A stretch of 64,000 nt of DNA from Trichosphaerium sp. ATCC 40318 (taxonomy: Eukaryota > Protista > Tubulinea), in the NCBI GenBank assembly GCA_038496445.1, contig JALMLS010000378.1, forward strand, positions 124,001 through 188,000, in the 5' to 3' direction. A program made the translations under genes and the position numbers. The notes beneath the pieces are model-generated. The model searched no databases. It was not told the DNA's origin and worked only from the letters and a program-made list of their open reading frames with translations. Below are positions 1 to 11,883 of this stretch, piece after piece (the first letter of the stretch is position 1; each line of letters starts with the position of its first letter).

Positions 1-399
1 ACGCTTTAAATCTGATGAATAGATAGCGTGGACCTTTTTATTAAGTCCGACAATGTACTTTGCTAGTTTCTCAGCCTGACCTCTTCCAACATCATTTAGA
101 GAAGTATCGAACTGTCCTAAACAGATAATTAGACTCTACGACGCTGTTGATTCTGAAAACAACTAACAGTGCGCAAATACGATCTATAGGTTTATATGTA
201 TCTATTTAGGCTCTCAAACTACGTTGTACCTTGTATCCGTCCAGTTTTGTTATAATCTGTTTGTCCATGACGAATAAGCCAAATCTCGGTGGAGTTTGCA
301 GCGCTAAGCTCAGGTATGTTGTTTACACTCATACTATTCTAAAAAGTTGCTCACGTTTGCAAAAACAGTTCAATGAACCAAGTTTCCACTTAACTTGAT

Positions 400-2055
400 T
401 TGCTTAAGGCAGTACGACTCCTCAACGTTTGGTTACAACAAATGATGAATTTCTCAGGGATTTCGGTAGATCAAGCGCTTGCTTACTACTATGAGAACCA
501 TAAAAAAGCGTATACTAAAATAAAGGGAGAACAAATCAAAACTTTTGTAAAACAAGTTGAAAGCATATTAGACGCCGCAAATATAAGTGTAGCTAAACGC
601 TTAGATGATTTACTTTACAAACAAATTGATACTGCCATCTATACAACCAATCAACCGTCAGTACCTTCTAAGGACCTTACAGTACCTAAACGCAAAGAAC
701 TAAAGAGGTATGGACCAACATTTCGTATGATGAATTGTTTTTTTGTTTGTTTGTTTTTTTTACTAACACGTGGTACCAAAAGTGTACAATATATGATCCA
801 TGAGGAACAAAGTATATTAGAGTTTCCTATAGAGATTATTTCAAATATTTTTCATTACACAAAACACAATGCAAGGTTTTCTGCCGCTCAATCATGTAAG
901 TTATTTTCCAATGTTATTCATGATATTGTGGGATACGAGACAGTTTATCTCTCAAGTATTTTCGATATTCTAAAGGTTAGACAGTATAAAGGCATAATGG
1001 ACAACAGTCTCATTATAATACATGAAGATAGATACCTTAGTATCTATCAATTGTTATCTGGGTGTCGTAGCATAAAAATATCAAACTGGTGTGGCAATAA
1101 TCTCAGAGCAATCGCAAGCGCTCGATCTATTGACCTAAGCGATTCATTCAGAATAACTGATGAAAGCATACAAGACTTGAAAGGAGTTCATACAATTAAC
1201 TTAAGCGACTGTATGGTAACAGATAAAGGTATACAAGCTTTGAGAGGAGTACATACAATTGACATTCGACATTGTGATGCTGTGACAGATGAAGGGTTAA
1301 AAGCCTTGGAAGGAGTTCATAGCATTAACCTTCGCTATTGTACCAAAGTGACGGATGAAGGTATAAGTAAGTTGAAAGGAGTGCACACAATTGATCTCAC
1401 AATGTGTAAGCATATAAGTGATAAAGGTATAAGTAAGTTGAAAGGAGTTCACACTATTGACCTCTCAATGTGTGATCAAATAACAGATGAAGCCTTAAAA
1501 GCGTTGACAGGAGTCCATTCAATATACTTAGCAGGATGCCATCGAGTTACTGATGAAGGCATAAAATCATTGAAAGGTGTTCATACTATTGATCTTAGTA
1601 GTTGTTGCCGTATAACAGATGAAGGTGTAAAAGCATTAAAAGGGGTACACACAATTGAGCTCAGCTATGTGACAGTTACAGATGCAGGTATCAAAGCATT
1701 GAAAGGAGTTCATACCATTACTCTCCGATATTGTAACACAGTGACGGATGAAGGGATAAAAGCTCTGAGAGATGTACATACAATTACCCTCTACCATTGC
1801 AACCAAGTTACAGATGAAGGGATAAAAGCGTTGAATGGTGTTTATAGCATCAGTTTGTGGTTTATGCACTCAGTGACAGATGAAGGGATAAAAGCTTTAA
1901 AAGGTGTACACACTGTTACTCTTCATGAGTGTGGTCGAGTGACAGATGAAGGGATAAACGCATTGAAAGATGTACCTAAAATTTATATCAATCATTGTAG
2001 CCAGGTTACAGATGAAGGTATAAAAGCTCTGAATGGTATTCATATTACCACCTAG
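400..2055 (+). CDS. F-box + cysteine-containing leucine-rich-repeat protein (5' end uncertain; probable in-frame intron 708-782; F-box from ~793)
   Basis: F-box-like LEFPIEIISNIFHY...AAQSCKLF followed by ~14 tandem 22-aa repeats LKGVHTIDLxxCxxVTDEGIKA. Segment 708-782 has a GTATGG donor, T-tract, CTAAC branch and AG acceptor. Confidence 0.8.
   Translation: MLKAVRLLNVWLQQMMNFSGISVDQALAYYYENHKKAYTKIKGEQIKTFVKQVESILDAANISVAKRLDDLLYKQIDTAIYTTNQPSVPSKDLTVPKRKELKRYGPTFRMMNCFFVCLFFLLTRGTKSVQYMIHEEQSILEFPIEIISNIFHYTKHNARFSAAQSCKLFSNVIHDIVGYETVYLSSIFDILKVRQYKGIMDNSLIIIHEDRYLSIYQLLSGCRSIKISNWCGNNLRAIASARSIDLSDSFRITDESIQDLKGVHTINLSDCMVTDKGIQALRGVHTIDIRHCDAVTDEGLKALEGVHSINLRYCTKVTDEGISKLKGVHTIDLTMCKHISDKGISKLKGVHTIDLSMCDQITDEALKALTGVHSIYLAGCHRVTDEGIKSLKGVHTIDLSSCCRITDEGVKALKGVHTIELSYVTVTDAGIKALKGVHTITLRYCNTVTDEGIKALRDVHTITLYHCNQVTDEGIKALNGVYSISLWFMHSVTDEGIKALKGVHTVTLHECGRVTDEGINALKDVPKIYINHCSQVTDEGIKALNGIHITT
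1120..2050 (+). repeat. Coding tandem repeat, ~66-bp unit (LRR)
   Basis: Recurrent acagatgaaggtataaaagc-like blocks at ~66-nt spacing. Confidence 0.85.
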
Positions 2056-2464
2056 TAACAAAGAACACTACATGACGATCCTCTGTAAATGAAAACCATT
2101 TTTTTAGACTTGTAATTTATATTGCGTTGTTCCTTAAACAACACAAACCATTGATTACTTTGATGCATTATAACCCAATTGAAAAAGAACAACTCATAGT
2201 TCTTGAGAGAGTTTAGTTTTTACAGTCAATTTAGGTGGCAAACAAACACAAAAAGTCACACATGAATAGCCGAAATGTGACACCTTTTTGGTTATTACGT
2301 GTAGGCAATCGAAGACGTTTGAAGCTCGTATGCCAATTAATAGTCGTTGAATAATGTAAATTCCAGAAATATGCTTAACACGTGATTACATGATCTTGTG
2401 GGTTTTTTTGAACAACGATCAAAATTGACTATCAATCAACATAGTTCTCGGTTACAAAGCGTTG

Positions 2465-3519
2465 ATGTTTACTACACCCACTAAAACTCCAGCCGCTCAA
2501 AATTACGAGCAATCTCCATTGCGCGGCGGTTATAAAACTCCCGTACGACCAACGCAACCACAAACGGCCAGAACACCCGGAGGATCCCTTTCAGCGCATT
2601 TATTTTCTGCAAACGGAATGCCAAGTCCCACAGGACCTGCACGTGTATCTTCAAGGCCTGAAACTTCTCCCTATCGACCAAAGAGTACCAAGAAACAAAC
2701 TTCAATGCCAATATCTTCATACTATGACGTACGTACCGAAAACAAGCCACTTTATTAAAAAAAGTTTATTAATACAAATTGACGTTCTATCTTTACGTTT
2801 TAGTCTTCCTTGCTACTAATCCACTACCAAGGATGACGATGAACAAACTCCAGCACGTAAGTAATCGCGCCTTCGGCATGCTCTACGCCTTAAACCAATA
2901 ACAACTGTTAGCAACGCCACGTGCATCAGTTTTACCTTATAGAACCAATGTCGCTTCGTCTGGAAAAAGAAACTGTTGGGTTACTGTTTTTGGCTTCCCA
3001 CGTGATTACCATTCTGCTGTAGTAGCATCTTTTAAAGAACATGGTGCAATAGAACGCATAGAGCAAGCGCAGGTGCCTCATACCTTGAATTTTCTTCCGT
3101 CATTGAAGATATTATGTTTACACCGTTTCCTGATCACAGTCTTATCGTAGAGTGGAGGAAACTGGTTTCATATTTGTTACAGTACACCTGAAGCAGCAGA
3201 AGCAGCTTTGTCTAAGAACCACATGATCTTGGATGGAAACATTATGATTGGCGTCAGAAATTGCATTCATGATGCTGATGATGGTTTTAACAATGATGCT
3301 CCATCTCCTCCCCCAAATCTCGTAGCCACCCCTAAAAAAGCGCCATACAAACCTGAAGGCTATACACCAACACCAACGTACGATAATGAAACGAAATAAA
3401 AATCGTTTATACTGGAGGTACTTATGTCTTCATTCAGCCAGTATCAAGTGGACGCTGCATATAGAAGTACTTGGTTCTCTTCTGCAATTACCTATATCCG
3501 AGATTCGCTGACAATGTAA
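2465..3519 (+). CDS. NUP35: Nucleoporin Nup35/Nup53 (RRM-like MPPN domain), multi-exon
   Basis: SP/TP-rich N-terminus, then WVTVFGFP...F..HG.I... and GGNWFHICYSTPEAAEAALSKNHMILDGNIMIGV, the Nup35 RRM signature. Confidence 0.8.
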
Positions 3520-3988
3520 TCGACACTTCATATAATGGAGTTAACTGTACTAATTGTAATAAAATTCATAAAGGCTGGACATTAAAAACAGTAAAACTCT
3601 TTGTGTGCTTGGGCGACCAAAACACTTGAAATACTTGGTTGCACGAAACTTGTAATTTTCAATGATGTGTGACCAATCTAAGTACCAATTGTAGAAGTGC
3701 CTCACTCTTATCCAGGTAACCGAGCAAAATGAACGTCACTATTGGCACTAGTGACGGTGACTGTCACGTGATCACTAAACTGGACATAAATAGTATTATG
3801 TTAAACAGTTCAACTAGACAAATGACACTCAATACAGCGCTCGAGAAGGATATTTTATTGCCCATAACTAATTTTCATATTAAATCGCTAACATAGTTTT
3901 AAAAAAGCAACGCTTTACATAAATAAACCAGCCTTTGCAACAATTTTCCAAGGAACAGTTCTTTTGGGTTATTCTGTTTTTGGGCAGT

Positions 3989-4873
3989 TCAGTACACGCC
4001 AAATTCATCCACAAAAAAGCCACATTGAACGCCTGTATGAGTGATGCCCGCTAAACAATAACAATAAAATACTAATGAAGAGATGTTTTTGTAGCCATGT
4101 ATTTCCTTGAAGAGTGTGCCTTCCAAACTTTTCATCTCAGAAATTATTTTTGAAAGATTGAGTTCCCACTCCTTTTGCTTTTTCTCAAAATCATCACCAT
4201 TGCGGTATACCCCTTCTCTAAAGTTCTTAGTTACACCATGACATTTCATCTCAGATACAGTACTATCAACGTCAAATTCCAACAAACGCTGTGCTTCATA
4301 TTCAGTAGAATGTTTGTCTGTTTCCTGTTCTTTGTCTAGAAACACCCTCGCTTCACCAATCTCATAATCATCAGGGTTAAAGAACTCACCTGTATCATCA
4401 AACTGAAAAGCAACATACTCATATAATGAGTTAAAACCCTCACAAGGTTTCAAGAAAAAAGAATGACACTCAGGATTACCACCTGTAAACTCTAAATTTG
4501 TTGACCATTTTTTAGCCAACACGTGACAATGAATGAGATCTCTTGATATTAATTCTTCTTTTGAGCGCTCCATTGGCACTTGAGGTGGTATACCTTTACT
4601 TTTAAAGTATAATTCACCTCTTCCAGAGACTGCAATGCCGTTGTGGGCTACATACATGAAAAGTTGCTGATCTTGCTTAAAACACGATGCCTTGTTTATA
4701 TAACTACTCCAGAAGCGTTTGTCATCTCTAATAATGCCCTGATTGCTTTTACAAGCCATACTAAAGTGAATAACATCTTTAACGCTTATTTGTACAAATA
4801 TTTCTTCCTTGTAAATCTCATTGGGTATTTGGAGAGTTGTTAAAGGTTCTGCAGATAGTATCAGCTTTGCCAT
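3989..4873 (-). CDS. F-box domain protein, intronless
   Basis: N-terminal LQIPNEIYKEEIFVQISVKDVIHFSMACKS...FW; 294-aa ORF. Confidence 0.7.
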   Translation of the reverse strand: MAKLILSAEPLTTLQIPNEIYKEEIFVQISVKDVIHFSMACKSNQGIIRDDKRFWSSYINKASCFKQDQQLFMYVAHNGIAVSGRGELYFKSKGIPPQVPMERSKEELISRDLIHCHVLAKKWSTNLEFTGGNPECHSFFLKPCEGFNSLYEYVAFQFDDTGEFFNPDDYEIGEARVFLDKEQETDKHSTEYEAQRLLEFDVDSTVSEMKCHGVTKNFREGVYRNGDDFEKKQKEWELNLSKIISEMKSLEGTLFKEIHGYKNISSLVFYCYCLAGITHTGVQCGFFVDEFGVY

Positions 4874-5431
4874 GTATGCTGGAAAATTATGGTGTTCTTA
4901 CTTTCTTTGACTTTTTTATTTGCACCAACATCACATGTTCAAGGTTGTAATGCAATTGTTTTCGTATGATTAGGCCTTTTTTGTACACGATGCTACTTAG
5001 CTGTGATGGTCAATATTGGAACCCGACATAGTCGAGGTTTGACCAAGGAATGTAGACTTTATTATACAAAAACAATAATGTTTTGTTTTTAGAAGTTGTA
5101 CGAAGTGAGGTTGTAATATGTGATAAGGCGCCTGTGCTAGCGACACTTGCAATGATATGGGAATGCCGCCAAGTTGCTACAAGTCATAAAAAGGCAGCTC
5201 ACTGCTGCTGTTACTACTTCCTAGTCAATCTACCTTACTTTGATACGAGACGTGATCGTCTTGTTTTTGGGTCGTGTGACGGAGTTCTTGATTATCGAAA
5301 ACTTCTGTATTTTATTATCTACAATTATGCTACACTTTTCTGGGGTTTTCGTTTTTTTTCACATGTTTTTTGTTTCTTGTTATTCTTAGTTTTTGTTTTT
5401 GTTACCGAAAAAAATAAACGAAAAAAATTCT

Positions 5432-8038
5432 TCAATTGCTCTCGCTATTAGCGTCTTCATCTTTAAAAATCCAGCTCTGAGGTGTCGCTCGGTCACTGCT
5501 TCCATCTTCAGACGCTGAACATTGGGCTCGGTAGTCATATATTGCTAGTTTACCAACACTGCAAACAAGTCAGTATCTTGTTTCTCCATGCGAGCGAAAA
5601 AAAAGACATCATTCGTCAAAAAAACGTACTTGTCTGTTACAGCAACAATGCCGTTTAAATGAGGTGCGAATGTTCCTGATGTAGCATATCCTGACTTTGA
5701 TCTAGGACTTCCAGGTAAATCCATTTTATTATGAGCCCTTAAAAGTTAGATATGAGCATGCAAAGTGATAATAGATTTTGAGTTTGTTTAACTAACCAGC
5801 AATTAAGCGTCTGTGACTGATACTCAACCTTCCAAAATGTGAATTCTGATTCACCAAACATTGCTACATTATTGGAATCCTTATCTAGTTGTATATCACC
5901 AATAGCTGTAATGTATTGATCTGAGAATGATCTTGTACTAAACAACAAAAATTAGTCAAAATAAAACCAAATAACTTGATGCATCAAACTCCGTCTTATC
6001 ACTTACAATTTTCTTTTTCTTATATCATAGCTTGATATTGTACCATCTCCAAATCCAAGAAGTACTGTATCATCGTATATCCATTCATGTGTGTAAAGTT
6101 GCTAAAGAACAAGAAATTAGTAATTTATTTTTTCACAAAATGTCCTTCAAAACGTTTTCGTACATATTTTCCTGTGTCGACTTCTATTGCAGGACGTTTT
6201 GGTTTCTCTCTAATATCGAATATATATACACCGCCTACATCTGTTGTACAACTGGCAAGAAATGGATCTAAAGACAACAGTTAAACAAGTTAAGACAGTA
6301 TACAATCATACCTGTTGGATGCCATCTTACACTTCCCACAACACTATCACATGTGCAGTAGACTCCTTGTCCTTTTTCTGAAGATTTCCACATAACATCG
6401 TGGTGCACTTTACAAATATCTGTCACGTGAACAGTACCATCAAAGCCTGTTTGACAAAGGTCATTAAAAAAAAACGGTTTTGAGAAATCAATTAGTACCT
6501 CCGCTTGCCAACAAGGCGCGATTAAATTTGTTACCAGCTATCTCACGGATAGTATCAGTATGGCACTTTATTGGTATGAGCTCTAAACAAAGAGTGTAAG
6601 AGAAATACAGCGACGATTTAAGACAAAAGTGTGATGTTAAGCTGAGAAGAGAAAAAAAAATAGAAAGAAAAAAGTAGGTTTTTTATGGACATACTTCTAG
6701 ATATATAATCTAGCTATAAAATTAGTACGTTCGACTCTCTGTGTTACAGACACTTGAGCTATTGTTATTGTATCATTTACCGCCACACAAACACGTGCCC
6801 AATCAACCCATTCAATATCACAGACCCTCTTTTTCGAAAAAAATTAGAAATCAAGTCGGATTTTTTCAACAAACGTTAAGGACAAGCTTGTCCCCAGTTG
6901 GACATGTGTACTGATAAAAAATTTGAGGTTATTACTCCTAAAATATTCGTACGTCAGTTAGTTTAAGGTGAGACACCATAGGAGCCCCACCATTCTCCTT
7001 TTCTCGACAAATCTCGTACTTCTCATCTATTTGTACAAATATCAACGTGTTATCCGCCTTGTGTTGCGGATCATCGTAACACGTGCCAATAGCGATGTGT
7101 TGAATATTGTCATTTACTGGCTCTGGGTTAAAGCAAGGCCTTGAGAGAGGTGTCGCTTCTACAAGTACGTATTAGATCTTATTTTTCAAAAAAAAACGAA
7201 CACCAAACAAAAACTACAAAAACAGCGAACGGAAGCGTGTTCGGTTGTTTTCTTCTCGAAACTATTTTCTTTGTGGCTGAACAAGGTACACAAAAAAAAA
7301 TACGTACTGTCACTTCTTCTCTTTGAATTTAGCGACGGCGTAAAGTCGTAATACTAAAAACATTAGCGAGATTACCCACGTGGAAGAAATTCTGAAACCC
7401 TTTTTGCTTTAGAAAAAAACGTACTGAGACTAATTTAAGGTCTGAACTATTACTAGAGTGCACCACTTTCCAATCGGCGGAAGCTAATCAAAAATTAATG
7501 ACACTAAATCAAGAAAAAAGTACAAAAACTTTTAATTTACAAAAAAAATTATTTATATTTTCATCTCACGTGACGTTTTGTTTGGAAACTTTTACGCACC
7601 TGCCCACGTGTACCCAAGCATTATATCACTAAATTCGTCGCCATTTTCATCAAACTCTGTATTCAATATGAACTCTGGTAATAGAGGGTGTCCAGGAGGT
7701 AAGTGTGAGAGATTTGTTGTAAATTTTTCAGCTGGCGGTTTGATTTTTTTTGCATTAACTCGCGTATTAACAGGTGATTCAGGCTTTCTCTTCGTTGATA
7801 TATTCACTGTATTATCCTTGCGCACGAGAGGAGGTATTGGGTTTATAAAGCCATCTCTATTGACGTTGTTCTGTTTATCGAAAAAATCATTGTTTTTTTG
7901 CTCCGTAAAGTCCTCTGTAGGTTCACTGGGAGCTGAAGCGCTATCTTCTGTACGTACAGATGGGTCTTTACCATTATCACGTGCCCAATACTCGCGTTTA
8001 GGCCAATATTTATTGTTAAGAAGCAACTGAAGATCCAT
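5432..8038 (-). CDS. WD40-repeat protein, multi-exon (ORF 7592-8038 is exon 1)
   Basis: Exon 1 ends GYTWA/G|GTGCGT and splices in frame to SADWKVV. Later exons encode CHTDTIREIA...LLASGG/FDGTVHVTD...VGSVRWHP, typical WD40 blades. Stop TGA at 5432-5434. Confidence 0.7.
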
Positions 8039-9013
8039 TGCCGGCTATATAAAGAGAAATGGAATTTGTTTTTGTTCTGGTTTTTTTTTTTTGTTATTTG
8101 TTTAAGGTGTCAAGGATAATCTAAAAACGCACGTGAGAACGTTAATATAGTATTTTTATACATGTAGAACGAAAATGTGTGGATTAATAAAGGTGTGAGG
8201 GTACTTACGTATTGTGTTTTTTAAATCTCCGTGTATGTTTACAATGATGTAATTCTTGAGGAAGGAACTTAAAAGTGAAATGACTACAACATAATTAGGG
8301 TTTGAGTACTGAAAAGAAAACGTGAAAGACGAACATTTATAAGTTCAATGGAGATAATGGTTTTTTGGGATAAAGTATTTAATAGATGCTCTTGTTGTTA
8401 TATAAGGTATCTATAAGTATGAATACAATGTTGAATTACTTTGACGCTAGTATTAAGAAGTTTTTGAAGTCCTTAAAACAAATCACTTCTATTCATCAGA
8501 ATTAACCCAATTTCTACTACCAAGACTCTTTATCGCGTAGTGATGTATAGTACATGAGGTAATGGTTAAATACTGTGAGCCATGTGGTCTTTTTTATAAA
8601 TTGGGTGTCGAGATATTTATATTGTCAGCAATTCGGACAGGTTTACTGTGACCAAGTGTATGAGTCGCGTTGACGCGTTCATACGGCATAGTGCCTGATA
8701 AGTGTCATTTGTGAAAAAAAAAAACCAAATGAAATATTTTGCCAACATTAGGGCCCTACCGCTCTTGAAGGCTGTGTTATACAATTTATTTTGATACATT
8801 CTCTTTAAACGCACAATGACAAGTAGTTTTCGATGCATTGGAGGCGAGATAGCCGAATTGGTGTAAATAATGAAAAGAAAAAAAGTTGTTACAAAGGTAA
8901 CATATCCTAAGCGATGTCCTACGCGTGGTAAGTGCTGTGAAGCGCGGAGGGAACAGGTGAATGGAAAAGTGTTTTTCAAAGGTGTAAATGCTTAAAAATG
9001 CATAAATCGATTC

Positions 9014-9378
9014 TCAACGCTTGAATTTTGCTGCTCGTACGTCGTAGTCATCTATTGTGTCATTCATCTCCTTCATTTTCTACAGTTTTGTCAGAAACGC
9101 ATACTTCTGGCGTATTACACGTACCTCATAGTCTTCCATTGCTTTTTGAATAACTACAACACGATACCGTGCTCTACTGAGTGCTTCTTCATCAGCATCA
9201 ACAGAATCAACTACAATCGCGTTGGTACAGTGTTAACTGTCGAGTGTCACGTACAAAAACCAGCTTTGATGAAAAACATCTCCAAAAAGAATCCAGACGC
9301 AAAGAAAAACCCTGTCAATGAACCATAATAGCGCCAGTGACGAGCGACATGCTGTATTCGCCGTGTAAAACTAGACAT
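9014..9378 (-). CDS. Small single-TM protein (~90 aa, 3 exons), SMIM4/UQCC5-like; not in ORF track
   Basis: Spliced product MSSFTRRIQHVARHWRYYGSLTGFFFASGFFLEMFFIKAGFFDSVDADEEALSRARYRVVVIQKAMEDYEKMKEMNDTIDDYDVRAAKFKR*, with two GTACGT...TAG introns in consistent phase. The FFxxGxxxExxxIK motif resembles the SMIM4 family. Confidence 0.6.
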
Positions 9379-9505
9379 GTACTAAAAGGCGTACTAGCAC
9401 ACGTAAACTCAGAAGTGATTTGTAATATGACTTCGCACAAAGCTAAAACACGCTAACATTTCTAGTCAATACGCTTCTTTAGTGAAAAGGCACAAAAGAC
9501 CGAGT

Positions 9506-11396
9506 ATGAGGGTCCTGGCGACCACTAAGTGTGCTTGCCCAACTAAGTGGGCGCCTACGCAAGAACACGCGCGCTCATACCATACAACACCAAGTGCGTG
9601 CAAAAGAGTGTTAAACAGCCTTTAACATAACGTAGGCACCAATGCATACCTCGTACCAGAAGTAAGACGCAGTGCCATACCATTCACTCCACAACAAAGA
9701 ATAGCCAGATACAAGGTAAAACACGACACATTAGCGGCGTCTCAAGTAATTATCATGCTGCCGCTTTGTTAATTGCGAATAATAGAACCGACAAAGCATA
9801 AACGCCCTTAAAAATAAAGAAGCAGAGGAGTCTGGCCTTAAACCATGGGATTTAGAAGTAACATGTGTTCTACAACGCCCAGAGCTTATTGTTCCTAAAG
9901 CCGCCGATTGGGAGCGTGAGTACCTCGAATGGAAGCAAAAGTAAGGAAAAAACAGCGTAATATGCGCGTTGCTTGAACTAAAAAATACAAATAGGTGGTA
10001 TATCCCTCAAATTGCCCAACGGCCCGATCCTATCATGTGGCTTGAGCAAGGAGATAAAGGTGACACTGTAAGTATTGTTTAAATCTGTTTTGTTTTCAGT
10101 ATATTCGAATCAGACGTAGAAACACTCTCTCACTGTTTACAACAGGGTATCTTTGCAAAACCAAAGTCAGAGTTATCAGAACGTGAACTTAAAGAAAGGG
10201 AAGGTATTGAAATGAGAGCTCAAGCAAGGAAAGACGCTATGGAGACGCAAAAACGTCAAAAAGTATGTTTGTTTTACAAGGAAATTTGTGCTCTTTTTTT
10301 TGTAGGAAATCTAATGGTATTACTTTAGATTGGCCCTAGAGACTCTAAAGCTGATTTTTTTAATGATACAAAATCAGTGCTGAGGTATTGACGCGTTTGT
10401 TATGCGTTTTGCGATGGTTTAATAGAGTTGTAGGTGTATGGATAGAAAACTTTACTTTATAGTAAAGGGACAAGATGGCGAAGACACCTGGGTACGTTTA
10501 TTCTTATGAAAGGGAGTGTGTTTGACATGCTTACATTATTTCTTGTTCTGTTTGCTTACAGAGTGCAGGATTTCCCACGAGGCTTTCATAAAGAGGGAGA
10601 AACCTTGCGACAGTGTGCTGAGCGAGTATTGAAAGAGAGACTCGGAGATAAAATGCAGAATTACTTTGCAACAATGGCACCAAACCTACATTATTCTCAA
10701 AAATACTCTCCAGAAGTACAGAAGGAGCGTCAAGCTTATGGTAAAAAGGTGCGTAGTTGGTCACCGAGTTTTGAAGGTTGTTTACTCGTAGAATTCATAT
10801 GACGAATTACACCCAGCTCATCTGAGTTTATATGACGCACAACTAGTGTTCTGATGATTTTTATTTAAAACGAGGGCTTCCAGAAAAGAAAAGTTTTTTA
10901 TCGCTACGCGGTCTTCTAAACTCGTTGTAGACATTTTACTATGTACCATATTACCTTCAAGGAGATGTTGATTTAAATACTGATCTTGCTGATGATTACC
11001 TGTGGAACCACAAGGCCGAACTCAAGGATATATTCGAAAAACAAGAAGAACAAAGGCGCTGGGTTATGTTAGATTACGTCGTTGAAGATCGTATGTTTGC
11101 CTCTACGCGTTTCTCATTTTTTTTTACAAAAAACGCGCTTTTTCTTTGTTTTAATACTTCCTTCTATTTTATATCACGTTCTCCAACCCTCTAATGATGT
11201 TTTTGTAGCTCATGAAAAGTTTGATTATAAGTTTCCTGTTTGGGATAATCCACCACCAAAAGATTGCTTGTACCCTTATGGAGAAGACGAAGAAGGTGTT
11301 GAGAAGAAATGGTTAAAGTACCAAGAAGGAACAGCATGGCATAAACGCCGAGAGTTGCTTATTAAAGAAAGAACAGCAAAAGGAAGAGTTTGGTAA
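9506..11396 (+). CDS. MRPL46: Mitochondrial ribosomal protein mL46 (Nudix-like fold), multi-exon
   Basis: Presequence-like N-terminus (RSYHTT), WDLEVTCVLQRPELI, ADFFNDTKSVLR-CMDRKLYFIVK, FP...GETLRQCAERVL, DDYLWNHKAEL. Confidence 0.85.
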
Positions 11397-11883
11397 AAAT
11401 AATAAAAAAACCTTAAACTCAAGTACGCCAACTACATGTTTTTATTGCATCATTCATAGATACAGCCTGAACTTTATGTTATGTCACTAAAGGAACAACG
11501 CAGTACGCTTTTTGAAGCTTTCAAAAAAAATAGTCAGGATTCGAACAAAAAGAAGGTGGTGTTGTTTTATAGCGCTACGTTACGACGAAGTGGTGGTAGT
11601 CCCGTTGCCAGCATTGATTTTGTCGCAAAACTAACGCTTTGACATACAATTATACGTTTTCAAAAAAACAGGCGTAAGAAGCCAGCAGTAGTGGCTGTAA
11701 TTGTCAGTTTAAAAAAGTTCACACGTTTACTCTTTTGTTTGAAGTTTTTCCTTTTTTCCTTCGCTAGTTTTCATCTGTGGTATTGTTATTTGTGGCAGAG
11801 GGGATACATTGAAGTGATTGAAAGTGAGAAAGATACTTAAACTTTTCTGGCTTTAACTTCAAAATTTGACACCTTACTAAACA

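Noticed and set aside
1120-2050. Regularly spaced repeats resembling a CRISPR array
   Set aside because: They are degenerate in-frame LRR codons within one ORF, with no invariant repeat and unique spacer structure
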